Below, in pieces: positions 37,764-46,620 of a DNA stretch of 64,000 nt. The stretch is from a virus, in the IMG/VR virus record IMGVR_UViG_3300042820_000065, positions 4,934 to 68,933 of that record. One strand, 5' to 3'. The notes under the pieces are model-generated. The model worked only from the letters and a program-made list of their open reading frames with translations, was not told the origin of the DNA and did not search any database. Position 1 is the first letter of the stretch. The number at the start of each line of letters is the position of its first letter. A program made the translations under genes and the position numbers.

Positions 37764-38332
37764 TACGGTTCCCTCTCGACTCTGCTGGTCAGGTTGACGT
37801 GGTTGCATCGGCGGTACTCTTCGATCCGTACGTCCAGTCCCTGCAACTGGTAGTCCGTCAGGTGCGACTGGATCTCGCGTAGCACATCGCCCTCGCGCCC
37901 GTTCAGTTCGAGCCACTCGCTCGATTCATGCACACCGTCGTCCATGTCGATGATCCGGTACTGGATGTGGTGCCCGTGCGCGTTCGCATCTGAATGGACG
38001 ACGACGATCTGCTCAGTCACGGTGTGACTGCCGTCTTTTCGTTGCTTCAGGGCCTGTACTTCGTAGTAGACCGCCCGCAATAGATCGTCCGGACTGAGCG
38101 CATCGACGTTCAGATGTCCCTGGCCAAGTTCCATCAGGATTCTCGGCAGCCATGCGCTGTCCCGCAGCGCTTCTCGCGATTCAGCGGACACATTCTCTCC
38201 TCTCGGTTCTGATCCGTCGGTTGGAATGATGACTTCGACATAAATATCGGGAGTACGGGTCTCCCTCGCGAGGGCCGCGAGATCATCGAGAGGCGTGCCC
38301 GACCAATCGTCCCCGACGTAATGGATCGTCAC
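37763..38332 (-). CDS. Hypothetical protein
   Basis: GTG at 38332 overlaps the upstream stop. Confidence 0.55.
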   Translation of the reverse strand: MTIHYVGDDWSGTPLDDLAALARETRTPDIYVEVIIPTDGSEPRGENVSAESREALRDSAWLPRILMELGQGHLNVDALSPDDLLRAVYYEVQALKQRKDGSHTVTEQIVVVHSDANAHGHHIQYRIIDMDDGVHESSEWLELNGREGDVLREIQSHLTDYQLQGLDVRIEEYRRCNHVNLTSRVEREP

Positions 38333-38769
38333 ATCCGACCCTTGAAGTAGTCGGGGTCGTGGTGGTGCGGCTCCATATCGTTCGGTTCCCGGTGCAACTG
38401 GTCGTGCCAGTGCCGGAGCGCGGCCAGGTGAGCCTCCCCGTTGCCGGTCACCTTGTGGAAGAGGTAGCCGTGGGACAGGAGGCTGGCGGGGTCGGAGAAG
38501 ACGGACGGGACCAGCCAGACATCGTTCGGCCCTTTCCGTGCCACCTCTTCTCCGCCGAGTACGACCTGCGTGATGGCCTTCGCCTTCTCCATCTCCAGCG
38601 CGGCCGTCGAGATCACCTCGACCTGGCCTTTCGGCTCGCCGATGAACGGCGGCCGATGCTCGCGAGTCAGCGTAACCTGGGGGCCTCTCCTGGCCGAGAT
38701 CTCCCAGGTGTAGCCATCTTTCCCGCGCACCAGGTCGCCGACATCGAGGTCGGACCAGTCCATCATCAT
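38329..38769 (-). CDS. Hypothetical protein
   Basis: Coupled ORF with an SH3-like N-terminus (LDVGDLVRGKDG.TWEI). Confidence 0.6.
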   Translation of the reverse strand: MMMDWSDLDVGDLVRGKDGYTWEISARRGPQVTLTREHRPPFIGEPKGQVEVISTAALEMEKAKAITQVVLGGEEVARKGPNDVWLVPSVFSDPASLLSHGYLFHKVTGNGEAHLAALRHWHDQLHREPNDMEPHHHDPDYFKGRM

Positions 38770-38996
38770 CAGGTCCTGTCCTTCGTGATGAGTTTCCGAC
38801 ACCTCTGGCAGTCATCCATGTAGCGCAGGCACGTCCGCTCGATCTGCGAGCCGGTTCCGTACCAACCGCCGCCGAACCACTTCGGGCCTGCACCGCAGCG
38901 GGCGGACGCCATGCTGCTAGGCGACTTCCGGTCGTCGAGGAAATGCGCCTTCCCCTGACTGCTGAGAAATAGCCGCTGGTACCCCTTCTCGTCCAT
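38769..38996 (-). CDS. Small Cys-containing hypothetical protein
   Basis: Coupled; ARCG..CQRC. Confidence 0.55.
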   Translation of the reverse strand: MDEKGYQRLFLSSQGKAHFLDDRKSPSSMASARCGAGPKWFGGGWYGTGSQIERTCLRYMDDCQRCRKLITKDRT

Positions 38997-39277
38997 CAGC
39001 CCACCTTGGCGGATCGGGTCAGGATGCCGATCAGATGCTCGGTCTGCTTCAGGATGAGAAGGGTCTCCAACGACAGGTCCTGGATCTCGTAGCCGGGGTT
39101 GGACGAACTGGTCGCGACGACGAGCGCCTTCCAGCCGGACAGCATGATGTTCGCGGCAGTGCCGATCTGTTGCGCGTCCCTAGTCGTGATGCTGCTGTCG
39201 AGCACGGCCGCGAGGACGAGCGCGTTGATGTCCGTCAGCAGGTCGCCGCGCGGACCGAACAGGTTCCCGATGCTCAT
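38996..39277 (-). CDS. Hypothetical protein, first gene of the leftward operon
   Basis: GGGAGG RBS; downstream of a leftward promoter. Confidence 0.6.
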   Translation of the reverse strand: MSIGNLFGPRGDLLTDINALVLAAVLDSSITTRDAQQIGTAANIMLSGWKALVVATSSSNPGYEIQDLSLETLLILKQTEHLIGILTRSAKVG

Positions 39278-39290
39278 CGTGCCTCCCGTG

Positions 39291-39346
39291 GAGTTGTAAA
39301 GTCGGGACCAGAGTAGTTGACGAGTTGTAAAGAGTCAAGGTATCGT
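39291..39346. promoter_or_regulatory. Overlapping divergent promoters with two TTTACAACTC boxes
   Basis: Minus strand TTGACT(39338-33)-N17-TACTCT; plus strand TTGACG(39317-22)-N18-TATCGT. Boxes at 39291-300 and 39322-31. Confidence 0.7.
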
Positions 39347-39390
39347 CGGGCTGACAGAAACCGCAGGTAGATCGCCCATGGAGGGTACAA

Positions 39391-39570
39391 ATGGCACTTG
39401 AGGCCAACTACACCGATGGCTTCGGCGTCGTCGTCAGACCCGAGACCAAGGCGGTGATCAGGGAGGCCGCGAGGAAGCGGCACGTCAGCATGGCCCAACT
39501 CGTCCGGGACGCGCTCGATGCTCATCTCGACCTGATCGACGGGCGTCCGAAGAAGAGGCGCCGGGCCTGA
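39391..39570 (+). CDS. Ribbon-helix-helix (CopG-like) DNA-binding protein
   Basis: Not in the ORF track (59 aa). FGVVVRPETKAVIREAARKRHVSMAQLVRDALDAHL; GGAGGG RBS. Confidence 0.75.
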   Translation: MALEANYTDGFGVVVRPETKAVIREAARKRHVSMAQLVRDALDAHLDLIDGRPKKRRRA

Positions 39571-39776
39571 TGTTCGATACGGTCTGGTGCGTCGTGCTGG
39601 TCGTCCCCGGTTCCGGGCTCCGCGTCGTCTCGCGGCACGTCACCAGGCCGTACGCCGTGCTGATGTCAGCCCCCTACGGCCGGGCAAGAGTCATGCACGA
39701 GCGGGACGTAAGAGAGATTCAGGCCATCTATCTCAGGAGCAAACTGCATGAAGCACGTCAATATTCGCCACGTTGA
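39570..39776 (+). CDS. Hypothetical protein
   Basis: TGATG coupling. Confidence 0.45.
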   Translation: MFDTVWCVVLVVPGSGLRVVSRHVTRPYAVLMSAPYGRARVMHERDVREIQAIYLRSKLHEARQYSPR

Positions 39777-40212
39777 TCCGTTCGGATACCTCGTCAGCGA
39801 GACCTATTCATACCTGGCTGCCGCCCGCCAGGACGCGGGACCGGGCGACCAGACCGTGACCACGGACCAAGCCGCCGCCATGCTCATGCAGGAGGCGCAG
39901 GAGTCGGATCGTCGGCTGCGGATCGCCAAGCACATGAAGAACATGAGCACCGTTCTGGACGAGAACGCCCTCCTGAAGAACCAGACCCTCACCGCGCCCG
40001 AACCGACGCTGGCCCTGTCGGACGTCCCGGAGAAGGTCTGGACCATGCTCGCGTCGCTCCGGCTCGCGATGCACGGCGTCGGGCACGTCCGACCCCGAAT
40101 CCTGGCCGATGGCAGGGCATCTACGCATGAGGTCGAGTTGGTTCTGGCCGAACACGAGGTCGCTGAACTGCTGGAGAGACTGTCGGTGGCTGGCGAGAAG
40201 GTGACCACATGA
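39748..40212 (+). CDS. Hypothetical protein
   Basis: 154 aa; coupled to the exonuclease gene. Confidence 0.55.
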   Translation: MKHVNIRHVDPFGYLVSETYSYLAAARQDAGPGDQTVTTDQAAAMLMQEAQESDRRLRIAKHMKNMSTVLDENALLKNQTLTAPEPTLALSDVPEKVWTMLASLRLAMHGVGHVRPRILADGRASTHEVELVLAEHEVAELLERLSVAGEKVTT

Positions 40213-41264
40213 AGACTGATGCACTGTTCGACAAGCCGGACGATTTCTACGGCGCCGAGGATGACCCGTTCGAGCGGCCGGATCGTACCGAAGATCGCGT
40301 TCCCCGCGACGGTAATGACTGGCCGAGGATTCTTCCGCCCGGAATGGTCATGCCCGACACCATGTCCAAGCGGGACAAGGTGCTCCGGTCGTACATGCGA
40401 CCATCCGGCGCTGGCGACATCCTCGACAACCGGCACATGCTGGAACTCTGGTATCAGCGGAAGGCCGCCGAGGGCACGGCGATGAGCAAGACGCTCCAAT
40501 TGGAGTGGGCCGCAGTCGATCCGGAGGATCGTCGGAAACAGAACGGCCTCGTGAAGAAGGCGCTCGAACTGGCCCGAACGGATGAATCGGCCAGAGAGGG
40601 GACCGCCGTCCACGCCCTGACGGAACGGCACGATCTCGGCCTACCGATTCGATTCCTGCCCGATGAGTATGAGCGGGACATCCCGGCATGGATCGGCGCC
40701 ACGAAAGACTTCAAGATCCTCGACGTCGAGTGCTTCGTCGTCGAGGACATGTACCGGGCCGCAGGGACTTTCGATCGCCTGGTCTACTACTGGATACCCT
40801 GCGACATCTGCGGTAAGCACAACCGGATCCTCGACCTGAAGACCGGCCGGTCCGCCTTCGGCAAGGCCGGGATGGCGATGCAGTTGGGCATCTACGCGCA
40901 CGGCCGTTACTACGACCCGAGCACCGGCCTGCGCACGGACCTTCCGGACGTCTGCTTGTGCCGGGGAATCATCGTCCGGCTCCCCGCCGGTTCCGGTGAG
41001 GCCCATCTCGAATGGATCAACATCGGCCAGGCGTGGGAGAAGGGCCTGCCGCTACGGGTCGAACTTCAGGAGTATCAGGCCAAGAAGAACTGGGCCGTTC
41101 AGTTCGAGACCCAGCCTGACTTCACGCCCGAGATCGAGGCGTGCAACACCCGCGACGAACTGAACGCTGTGTGGCACAAGCACCGCTCGCTCTGGCTCCC
41201 CCAGCACACGCTGGCCGGAGAGAACCGAATGGAGCAGGTCCGCCTGCTCGCGGAAGGAATCTGA
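40209..41264 (+). CDS. PD-(D/E)XK exonuclease (RecB/Cas4-like)
   Basis: EGTAVH, AAGTFDRL, ILDLKTG and QLGIYA motifs. Confidence 0.85.
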   Translation: MKTDALFDKPDDFYGAEDDPFERPDRTEDRVPRDGNDWPRILPPGMVMPDTMSKRDKVLRSYMRPSGAGDILDNRHMLELWYQRKAAEGTAMSKTLQLEWAAVDPEDRRKQNGLVKKALELARTDESAREGTAVHALTERHDLGLPIRFLPDEYERDIPAWIGATKDFKILDVECFVVEDMYRAAGTFDRLVYYWIPCDICGKHNRILDLKTGRSAFGKAGMAMQLGIYAHGRYYDPSTGLRTDLPDVCLCRGIIVRLPAGSGEAHLEWINIGQAWEKGLPLRVELQEYQAKKNWAVQFETQPDFTPEIEACNTRDELNAVWHKHRSLWLPQHTLAGENRMEQVRLLAEGI

Positions 41265-41635
41265 TGGGATACCCAACGTACGAAAAGGATTTGTCGCTTG
41301 TGATGGGCGGCCGGTTGACGGACATCAGCAAGTGGATCGACGAGGCCCCGGCCAATGCCGGGAAGTCGGCGCTGGAGAATCTGCTCCTGCGTACGACGGC
41401 CAAGTTGTCCGAGGAGGTCGGTGAAGTCGGGGCCGCACTGATAGGTATGACCGGGCAGAATCCTCGCAAGGGCGTGACGCACACGATCGAGGACGTCCGG
41501 AAGGAACTGCTCGACGTGGCCCTGACTGCACTCGCGGCCGTAGAGCACCTCTCGGACAACAACGGGACGGCCGTCGATCAACTGGACGAGCACATCTTCA
41601 ACGTCTACAACCGGATGGCGAAGTCCGATGGGTAG
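41264..41635 (+). CDS. MazG-like nucleotide pyrophosphohydrolase
   Basis: KLSEEVGEV..A...KELLDVA motif. Confidence 0.8.
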   Translation: MGYPTYEKDLSLVMGGRLTDISKWIDEAPANAGKSALENLLLRTTAKLSEEVGEVGAALIGMTGQNPRKGVTHTIEDVRKELLDVALTALAAVEHLSDNNGTAVDQLDEHIFNVYNRMAKSDG

Positions 41636-41939
41636 GGACCTGTCCGACGCGTTCGACGCGATCATGCGCGAAGTCTTGGATGAGACGGCGAGCGGGTCGC
41701 GTTCCATGCACGTCGCCATCGTGATCATCGAAGAGTTCGACAAGTTGGGCTGGGACACGCACGACGAATGTAAGACCCGCGAGAACGACTGGATCGACGC
41801 AGCATTCGAGAGGACCGGTCATGTACGAGAAGCCGATCGAGCAGAGCATGCCAACGATGCTGCCGATGGGGAGCGGAACGGACCGGCCGTTTCGGGGAAG
41901 CGACCTGCGGCTAGTCGTCGGCGGCCCGGCCAACGGTGA
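41628..41939 (+). CDS. Hypothetical protein
   Basis: Overlaps the upstream stop. Confidence 0.45.
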   Translation: MGRDLSDAFDAIMREVLDETASGSRSMHVAIVIIEEFDKLGWDTHDECKTRENDWIDAAFERTGHVREADRAEHANDAADGERNGPAVSGKRPAASRRRPGQR

Positions 41940-42201
41940 GACACGCCAGGGGGCCAGTCCTGATGCGCCTCGCCTTTCCGTACAGACGCTGGCCGGTCCG
42001 ATTGACTATCTCGCGGAAGACGGCAAGACGGTTGCGGCTGTTACGACTGAATATGTGGCAAGTCGAGTTACGTTCGGTGGCCGTGTGTACCGAACCTGGC
42101 GATTGCCTTCTGATCGGCCGGAAGTGCACGCTGTCGCCACCGTGCTCGCGATGATCGACACAGATCCGCAGAAGGTGAAGTGGTGTCGCGAGATCGACTG
42201 A
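41821..42201 (+). CDS. Hypothetical protein (start uncertain)
   Basis: LVVGGPANGE motif also occurs in 47588-47818. Confidence 0.45.
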   Translation: MYEKPIEQSMPTMLPMGSGTDRPFRGSDLRLVVGGPANGETRQGASPDAPRLSVQTLAGPIDYLAEDGKTVAAVTTEYVASRVTFGGRVYRTWRLPSDRPEVHAVATVLAMIDTDPQKVKWCREID

Positions 42202-42205
42202 GCAG

Positions 42206-42233
42206 TTGACATGCACTCGCGAACCTGTAGACT
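42206..42233 (+). promoter_or_regulatory. SigA-like promoter
   Basis: TTGACA-N16-TAGACT upstream of the SSB-like gene. Confidence 0.55.
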
Positions 42234-42287
42234 GAACTCGTTCAGCAAGACGCATCGGAACGCTTCCGAACAGTCCGAAGAGAAGGA

Positions 42288-42908
42288 ATGCAAATGAGCA
42301 CTGGACCCGGCGATTTCTACGGCGACACTTCGGGTGGACCGCCGATCATTTCCTGGGATTCCCCCCGGCCCGGCGACGGCTTCAGCGGCGTGCTCCTGCC
42401 GGTCGACGTGAACGCCCCCGACGTCTCGTACGAGACGGAGTTCTCCACCAAGGTCGGCGGCGACCCGGACTACTGGCCACTGAAGGCTGGTGAAACGGAC
42501 GCGGACCTGCGTCAGAAGACCCACGCTGTCCACTACGTCAAGACGGACTTCAAGAGCAATGAGCAGATGTCGCTCAACGCCAAAAAGCGCCGGACCGAGG
42601 ACGGCGTTGAGGACGACGGGCTGCGCCGGTACTTCGTCAAGGGCGCGTCGGCCAGCAAGGGCATGACGGCGGCCCGAAAGGCTGCCGGTCTCAAGAGCAA
42701 CCAGCCCCCCCAGGTCGGCATGTACCTCACGGTGAAGTTGGTCGAGGTGCGGCCGAACGCGAAGGGCAAGGAGAATATCTTCGACGTCTCGCTGCGACCG
42801 GCCGACGCCGCGTCGAAGAAGGTCGTCGCGGACTATATCGCGGCCGAGAGCGCCAAGGTCGAGTCGGACGAGAGCGACTACCCCGGTACGGACGAACCGC
42901 CCTTCTAG
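42288..42908 (+). CDS. Single-stranded DNA-binding-like protein
   Basis: Acidic C-terminal tail ending EPPF; actinophage SSB-like pattern (RRYFVKG..A.RKAG..P.VG). Confidence 0.65.
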   Translation: MQMSTGPGDFYGDTSGGPPIISWDSPRPGDGFSGVLLPVDVNAPDVSYETEFSTKVGGDPDYWPLKAGETDADLRQKTHAVHYVKTDFKSNEQMSLNAKKRRTEDGVEDDGLRRYFVKGASASKGMTAARKAAGLKSNQPPQVGMYLTVKLVEVRPNAKGKENIFDVSLRPADAASKKVVADYIAAESAKVESDESDYPGTDEPPF

Positions 42909-43028
42909 GTCTGCGTTCCGGACGAGAGTCCCGACAAGGTGTAGCGAATGAGCCACCTAGGCGGTCCGGCCCCGTACCGTGCGCACACGGGGCACCCCCA
43001 AGCCATTTCAACCGAAAGGCAACACATC

Positions 43029-43367
43029 ATGGCGAAGACCGCAGCGGAGAAGCAGGCCGACCTGCTCTCGAAGAACCAGGCCAAGATCGACGCCATCACG
43101 GCCAAGATCGCGGACAAGGGCGACACCGACGGGGACAAGGTCGAGAAGTTGACGGCCACGGTTGCCCAGCGGGAGAAGTCGCTCGCGAAGGCTAAGGAAC
43201 TCCTGGCCAAGGCCCAGGATCCGGCCTCCAGCCTGAACGCTCAGAAGGTCGCACTGGAGAGCGAGCGGGCCTGGCTTCAGAGCATGCCGGTCGGCGGCGC
43301 AACGGTCACTCAGGACCCGCTGTTCCCGGAGGACGAGGAGATCGACGAGGACGCCGACGCGATCTGA
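43029..43367 (+). CDS. Coiled-coil hypothetical protein
   Basis: GAAAGG RBS; Lys/Ala-rich helices and an acidic tail. Confidence 0.6.
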   Translation: MAKTAAEKQADLLSKNQAKIDAITAKIADKGDTDGDKVEKLTATVAQREKSLAKAKELLAKAQDPASSLNAQKVALESERAWLQSMPVGGATVTQDPLFPEDEEIDEDADAI

Positions 43368-43372
43368 TCGAG

Positions 43373-44008
43373 ATGAACGTCAGCACCGGTTCTGCTCAGA
43401 ATGTTGGGCGGGGCCGGTGTTTTCGTTATGCTCTCGATGTGTCCACGAAGCCATGCATGACCTGTAGCCACGGCACCCGCCGACCGGGCGGCCAGAAGTG
43501 CGAGGAGTGCTGGCTCCGGACGCAACCGATCGAGGTTCGGCAGAAGGCGGCCCGGCTACGCTCCCTGGCCGTCCCGAAACCACTGCACGCCGAACGCGTC
43601 CCGACATCGGCATGGCCCGCAGGACGCCGCTGGTGCGCCGGTTGTCAATCGTTCGTGCTGCTGAAGGATTGCGGCAAGACCGCGTCCCGCTGCCGGACCT
43701 GCACCTCCGTCTCGGCCCACGCCGGAATGATTCAGCGGACGTATGGAATCACCGCCGATGAATATGCGGCGATCTTCAAGGCGCAGGGTGGTAAGTGTGG
43801 AATTTGTGGTGGACGGCCTCGTTCTGAGCGACTTGCAATTGACCATGACCACACGACTCAAGAGGTGCGAGGTCTGCTATGCTCTCGTTGTAACCACGAG
43901 TTGTTAGGAGCGGCCCATGACAGCCTTGATCTTCTTAGGAAAGCCGTTGCCTACATGGAGGAGCCTCCCGCCGGACCTATCATCGCTGCTAACCGACGAT
44001 CCGCGTAG
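43373..44008 (+). CDS. Endonuclease VII-like (Holliday junction resolvase family)
   Basis: YGIT.DEY..I...QGGKCGIC..IDHDH.T.EVRGLLCSRCN motif. Confidence 0.88.
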   Translation: MNVSTGSAQNVGRGRCFRYALDVSTKPCMTCSHGTRRPGGQKCEECWLRTQPIEVRQKAARLRSLAVPKPLHAERVPTSAWPAGRRWCAGCQSFVLLKDCGKTASRCRTCTSVSAHAGMIQRTYGITADEYAAIFKAQGGKCGICGGRPRSERLAIDHDHTTQEVRGLLCSRCNHELLGAAHDSLDLLRKAVAYMEEPPAGPIIAANRRSA

Positions 44009-44432
44009 AAATCTACGGAGATTTTCTCCAGATACTTCACTACGAGAACGAATATTGCTTCGATTCGTAGTGAAATCTTCCGGCTGCTGGGAATACTCAA
44101 AATCGAAACACTCTGCTGGCTATGGTGTGATTCGGTACGAAGGTATAACTGAGTACGTTCATCGCGTTTCGTATAGCGAGTTCGTTGGTCCCCTGATCGA
44201 GGACATGACGATTGGTCACCTCTGTCACAATCGGCCCTGCGGTAACCCATTCCACCTCCAGCAGGTAACTAATCTGGAGAACATCCTGCGTGGCACTGGT
44301 GCTTCCGCTACGAATGCCCGAAAGACTCACTGCCTGTACGGACATGAGTGGACCCAGGAGAATACGTACTGGCGACCAGACGGCGAGGGACGTCAGTGTC
44401 GGACCTGCATTCGTCGACGCTCGCACGCTTGA
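43917..44432 (+). CDS. HNH homing-endonuclease-like protein (start uncertain)
   Basis: GCWEY..GYG..YVHRVSY..HLCHNRPCGNP.HL..VT..EN..KTHC..GHE; locally lower GC. Confidence 0.8.
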   Translation: MTALIFLGKPLPTWRSLPPDLSSLLTDDPRRNLRRFSPDTSLRERILLRFVVKSSGCWEYSKSKHSAGYGVIRYEGITEYVHRVSYSEFVGPLIEDMTIGHLCHNRPCGNPFHLQQVTNLENILRGTGASATNARKTHCLYGHEWTQENTYWRPDGEGRQCRTCIRRRSHA

Positions 44433-44464
44433 CAACTCTTCTACAGGTGGTGCATACTGGTCAC
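44429..44464 (+). promoter_or_regulatory. Conserved phage promoter
   Basis: TTGACA-N18-CATACT-GGTCAC. Confidence 0.8.
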
Positions 44465-44495
44465 GCAAGCCAAGGCGAACTCAACGGAGGCCAGC

Positions 44496-44786
44496 GTGCA
44501 GATCCGCAACCGCAAGATTCGTCCCATCGCCCTCGGCTCGGCCGGGCTGGTCAGCCTCGTCGTGCTCCTTTCGGCGGGTTCCTGCGACAACAAGGTGTCC
44601 GAACCGTTCCACGACGCGCCGCGCTCGGCTCACGCCAACTCCGATCCGGCCACTGTGATCGAGATGCCGGACGGCTTCAGCAATCTGGCAACCAAGTGCA
44701 TCGCGCCCGGCATCAGGGGCACCGTCGTCTTCAAGAACGACCGATCCTACGGGTCCGTCTCGACCGTGATCGATCCGAAGTGCTGA
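44496..44786 (+). CDS. Putative lipoprotein
   Basis: Basic N-terminus, hydrophobic stretch, lipobox-like AGSC. Confidence 0.6.
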   Translation: MQIRNRKIRPIALGSAGLVSLVVLLSAGSCDNKVSEPFHDAPRSAHANSDPATVIEMPDGFSNLATKCIAPGIRGTVVFKNDRSYGSVSTVIDPKC

Positions 44787-44959
44787 ATGATCCCCTGCCC
44801 TACCCGACCGAGGAGGAATTCATGGGTGGCCTGTTCAAGTGCAACTGCGGCAACTCGTTCGACACGAACATCGAACTTCAATTCCATCGCAACAGCACGC
44901 ATCTCGCTTCAACGGTAGTTGCGCTGCCGAAGATCCTCTGGAAGCGGAAGAACCGCTGA
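44783..44959 (+). CDS. Small Zn-finger-like protein
   Basis: FKCNCG..F......H....H. Confidence 0.45.
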   Translation: MNDPLPYPTEEEFMGGLFKCNCGNSFDTNIELQFHRNSTHLASTVVALPKILWKRKNR

Positions 44960-45092
44960 TGGCCGATGACGGAGGCTACAAGGAGCAGACCTGGGTCGGC
45001 GGCAAGGCCGTCAAGACGAAGATCGTCCGCTCCATCCCGAAGACCCCGAAGCCGAAGATCGTGTTCGGGAAGAAGCGGAAGGGCTCACACTG

Positions 45093-45407
45093 ATGGACAA
45101 CGAAACGACGCTGGTCGCCGGAAAGATCCCGACGAACTGGTTCACGTCAAGGTCGGAGGAGCGGGCCCTGCGGTTCGTCTCGCACGAGGACCTGCTCGAT
45201 TCACCGAATGCGATCTACGTCCAGATCGTCAGGGACTCGTGGTGGTCAGTTCATCCGACACTCGGCTACATCTTCGCCGGGAAGTCGCCGCAGTGCAACG
45301 TAAGCAAGGTTCTCGCGAGACGGCTGACCGACAGGCTGTACCCAGGCGCCGACGTCCGCTTCGTGCATCGGGCTCTCGTCCCGATCGACCTTCGGGACTT
45401 TCTGTGA
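45093..45407 (+). CDS. Hypothetical protein
   Basis: Coupled ORF, 104 aa. Confidence 0.5.
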   Translation: MDNETTLVAGKIPTNWFTSRSEERALRFVSHEDLLDSPNAIYVQIVRDSWWSVHPTLGYIFAGKSPQCNVSKVLARRLTDRLYPGADVRFVHRALVPIDLRDFL

Positions 45408-45535
45408 ACCGCTGCGAGGTCTGTGACTATTCCCTGGCCCGGCACCTGGTCTGCGGCATGCAGGTCTGCGGCGAGCACATCTGGGCGGCCGTGGAGACGT
45501 CTCTCACCCGGGACCCATACGTCTCCGTTGCAGAG

Positions 45536-45570
45536 TTGACAACTCCGCCCAGTTAGTGCATAATGGTCAC
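45536..45570 (+). promoter_or_regulatory. Conserved phage promoter (leaderless)
   Basis: TTGACA-N17-CATAAT-GGTCAC-ATG. Confidence 0.85.
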
Positions 45571-45655
45571 ATGGGCGAAGACGAAGCCCTACGAGAGATC
45601 GTCGGGAAGATCTCGTTCCGCAACTGAATCATTCCTCGGACAGGAAGAGGTCCCC

Positions 45656-45988
45656 ATGGGAACCAAGACCGCTGGCGAGCGCTCGCACCTCACGATCGTC
45701 AACTCCGACCCGGCCAACATTCTGACCGGCGTCTCCATCCAACTCGCCATCGTCTCCGAGGCGCAGCGTCGCCCGCACCTGATGGACGGGATCTCGACGG
45801 TCCAGTGGAATCGTGACAACGGCGTGTCCGTCCTGGTGAACGACGCCGGGATCCGGCAGCACCTCGCGAACGCGCTGGGTTTCGAGCCGAAGGTCGAAGA
45901 GTACGGCATCCGGGAACTCGGAACCGGGTTCGCCCGGACCGGTGAGATGGCCGGTGTGCCGGTCATGATCTGGAACGTGGAAGCGTAA
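45656..45988 (+). CDS. Hypothetical protein
   Basis: GGAAGAGG RBS. Confidence 0.55.
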   Translation: MGTKTAGERSHLTIVNSDPANILTGVSIQLAIVSEAQRRPHLMDGISTVQWNRDNGVSVLVNDAGIRQHLANALGFEPKVEEYGIRELGTGFARTGEMAGVPVMIWNVEA

Positions 45989-46620
45989 TGCTCGGCCGCA
46001 CCCACATGCTCGGCGGCGTCGTCGCCTGGGAACTGGTCGCTCCGGCCGTCCCGGCACCGGCGGCCGTCCGGGTCGTGGGTGCGGCCTTCGCGTTGTGGGG
46101 ATCCCTCGGGCCGGACATGGATCACGTCCACTCAACCTGGTCCAACTCGTTCACCGGCGGGCCGTGGATTGCCAAGCGTCTCGGCAGGGCTGTCGGTGGG
46201 CACCGGCAGGGGACGCACAGCCTCCTCTCGATCCCGCTGTCCGGCCTGATCGTGCTGGGTCTGCTCCTCCTGGCCGAGCCTTTCATCGCCCTGCCGCAGG
46301 CCGCCCCGGTCGCCTGGGCCGTCGCTTTCTCCGTTGGCTGGACAAGTCACATCCTGGAAGACATGCTCACTGTGCAGGGAGTCGGCATCCTCTACCCGAT
46401 GACGAAACGTCGGATCAGGGTCGGTAACCTGCGCACGTCGAAAGATCGTCGCCACCTCAACTTCGGCGAGCGGCTGGTGTTCGTCACGCTGGCTGCAACC
46501 GGGTTGCTGATGGCATTGAGCATGCTCGGAGGATTCATTGACCAGACCGGACGACACGCCCCTCTCGATCACGGCGGCAGCGCTGCAAGCCGCATCGGCA
46601 CACTGCCTGCACAACCGTGA
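45988..46620 (+). CDS. Membrane metal-dependent hydrolase (YdjM-like)
   Basis: GRTH, GPDMDH, HRQGTHSLL and SHILEDMLT..G motifs. Confidence 0.82.
   Translation: MLGRTHMLGGVVAWELVAPAVPAPAAVRVVGAAFALWGSLGPDMDHVHSTWSNSFTGGPWIAKRLGRAVGGHRQGTHSLLSIPLSGLIVLGLLLLAEPFIALPQAAPVAWAVAFSVGWTSHILEDMLTVQGVGILYPMTKRRIRVGNLRTSKDRRHLNFGERLVFVTLAATGLLMALSMLGGFIDQTGRHAPLDHGGSAASRIGTLPAQP

Noticed and set aside
40209-41264. Cas4-like nuclease as a sign of CRISPR
   Set aside because: It is a stand-alone phage PD-(D/E)XK exonuclease; no cas1/cas2 or array is present.
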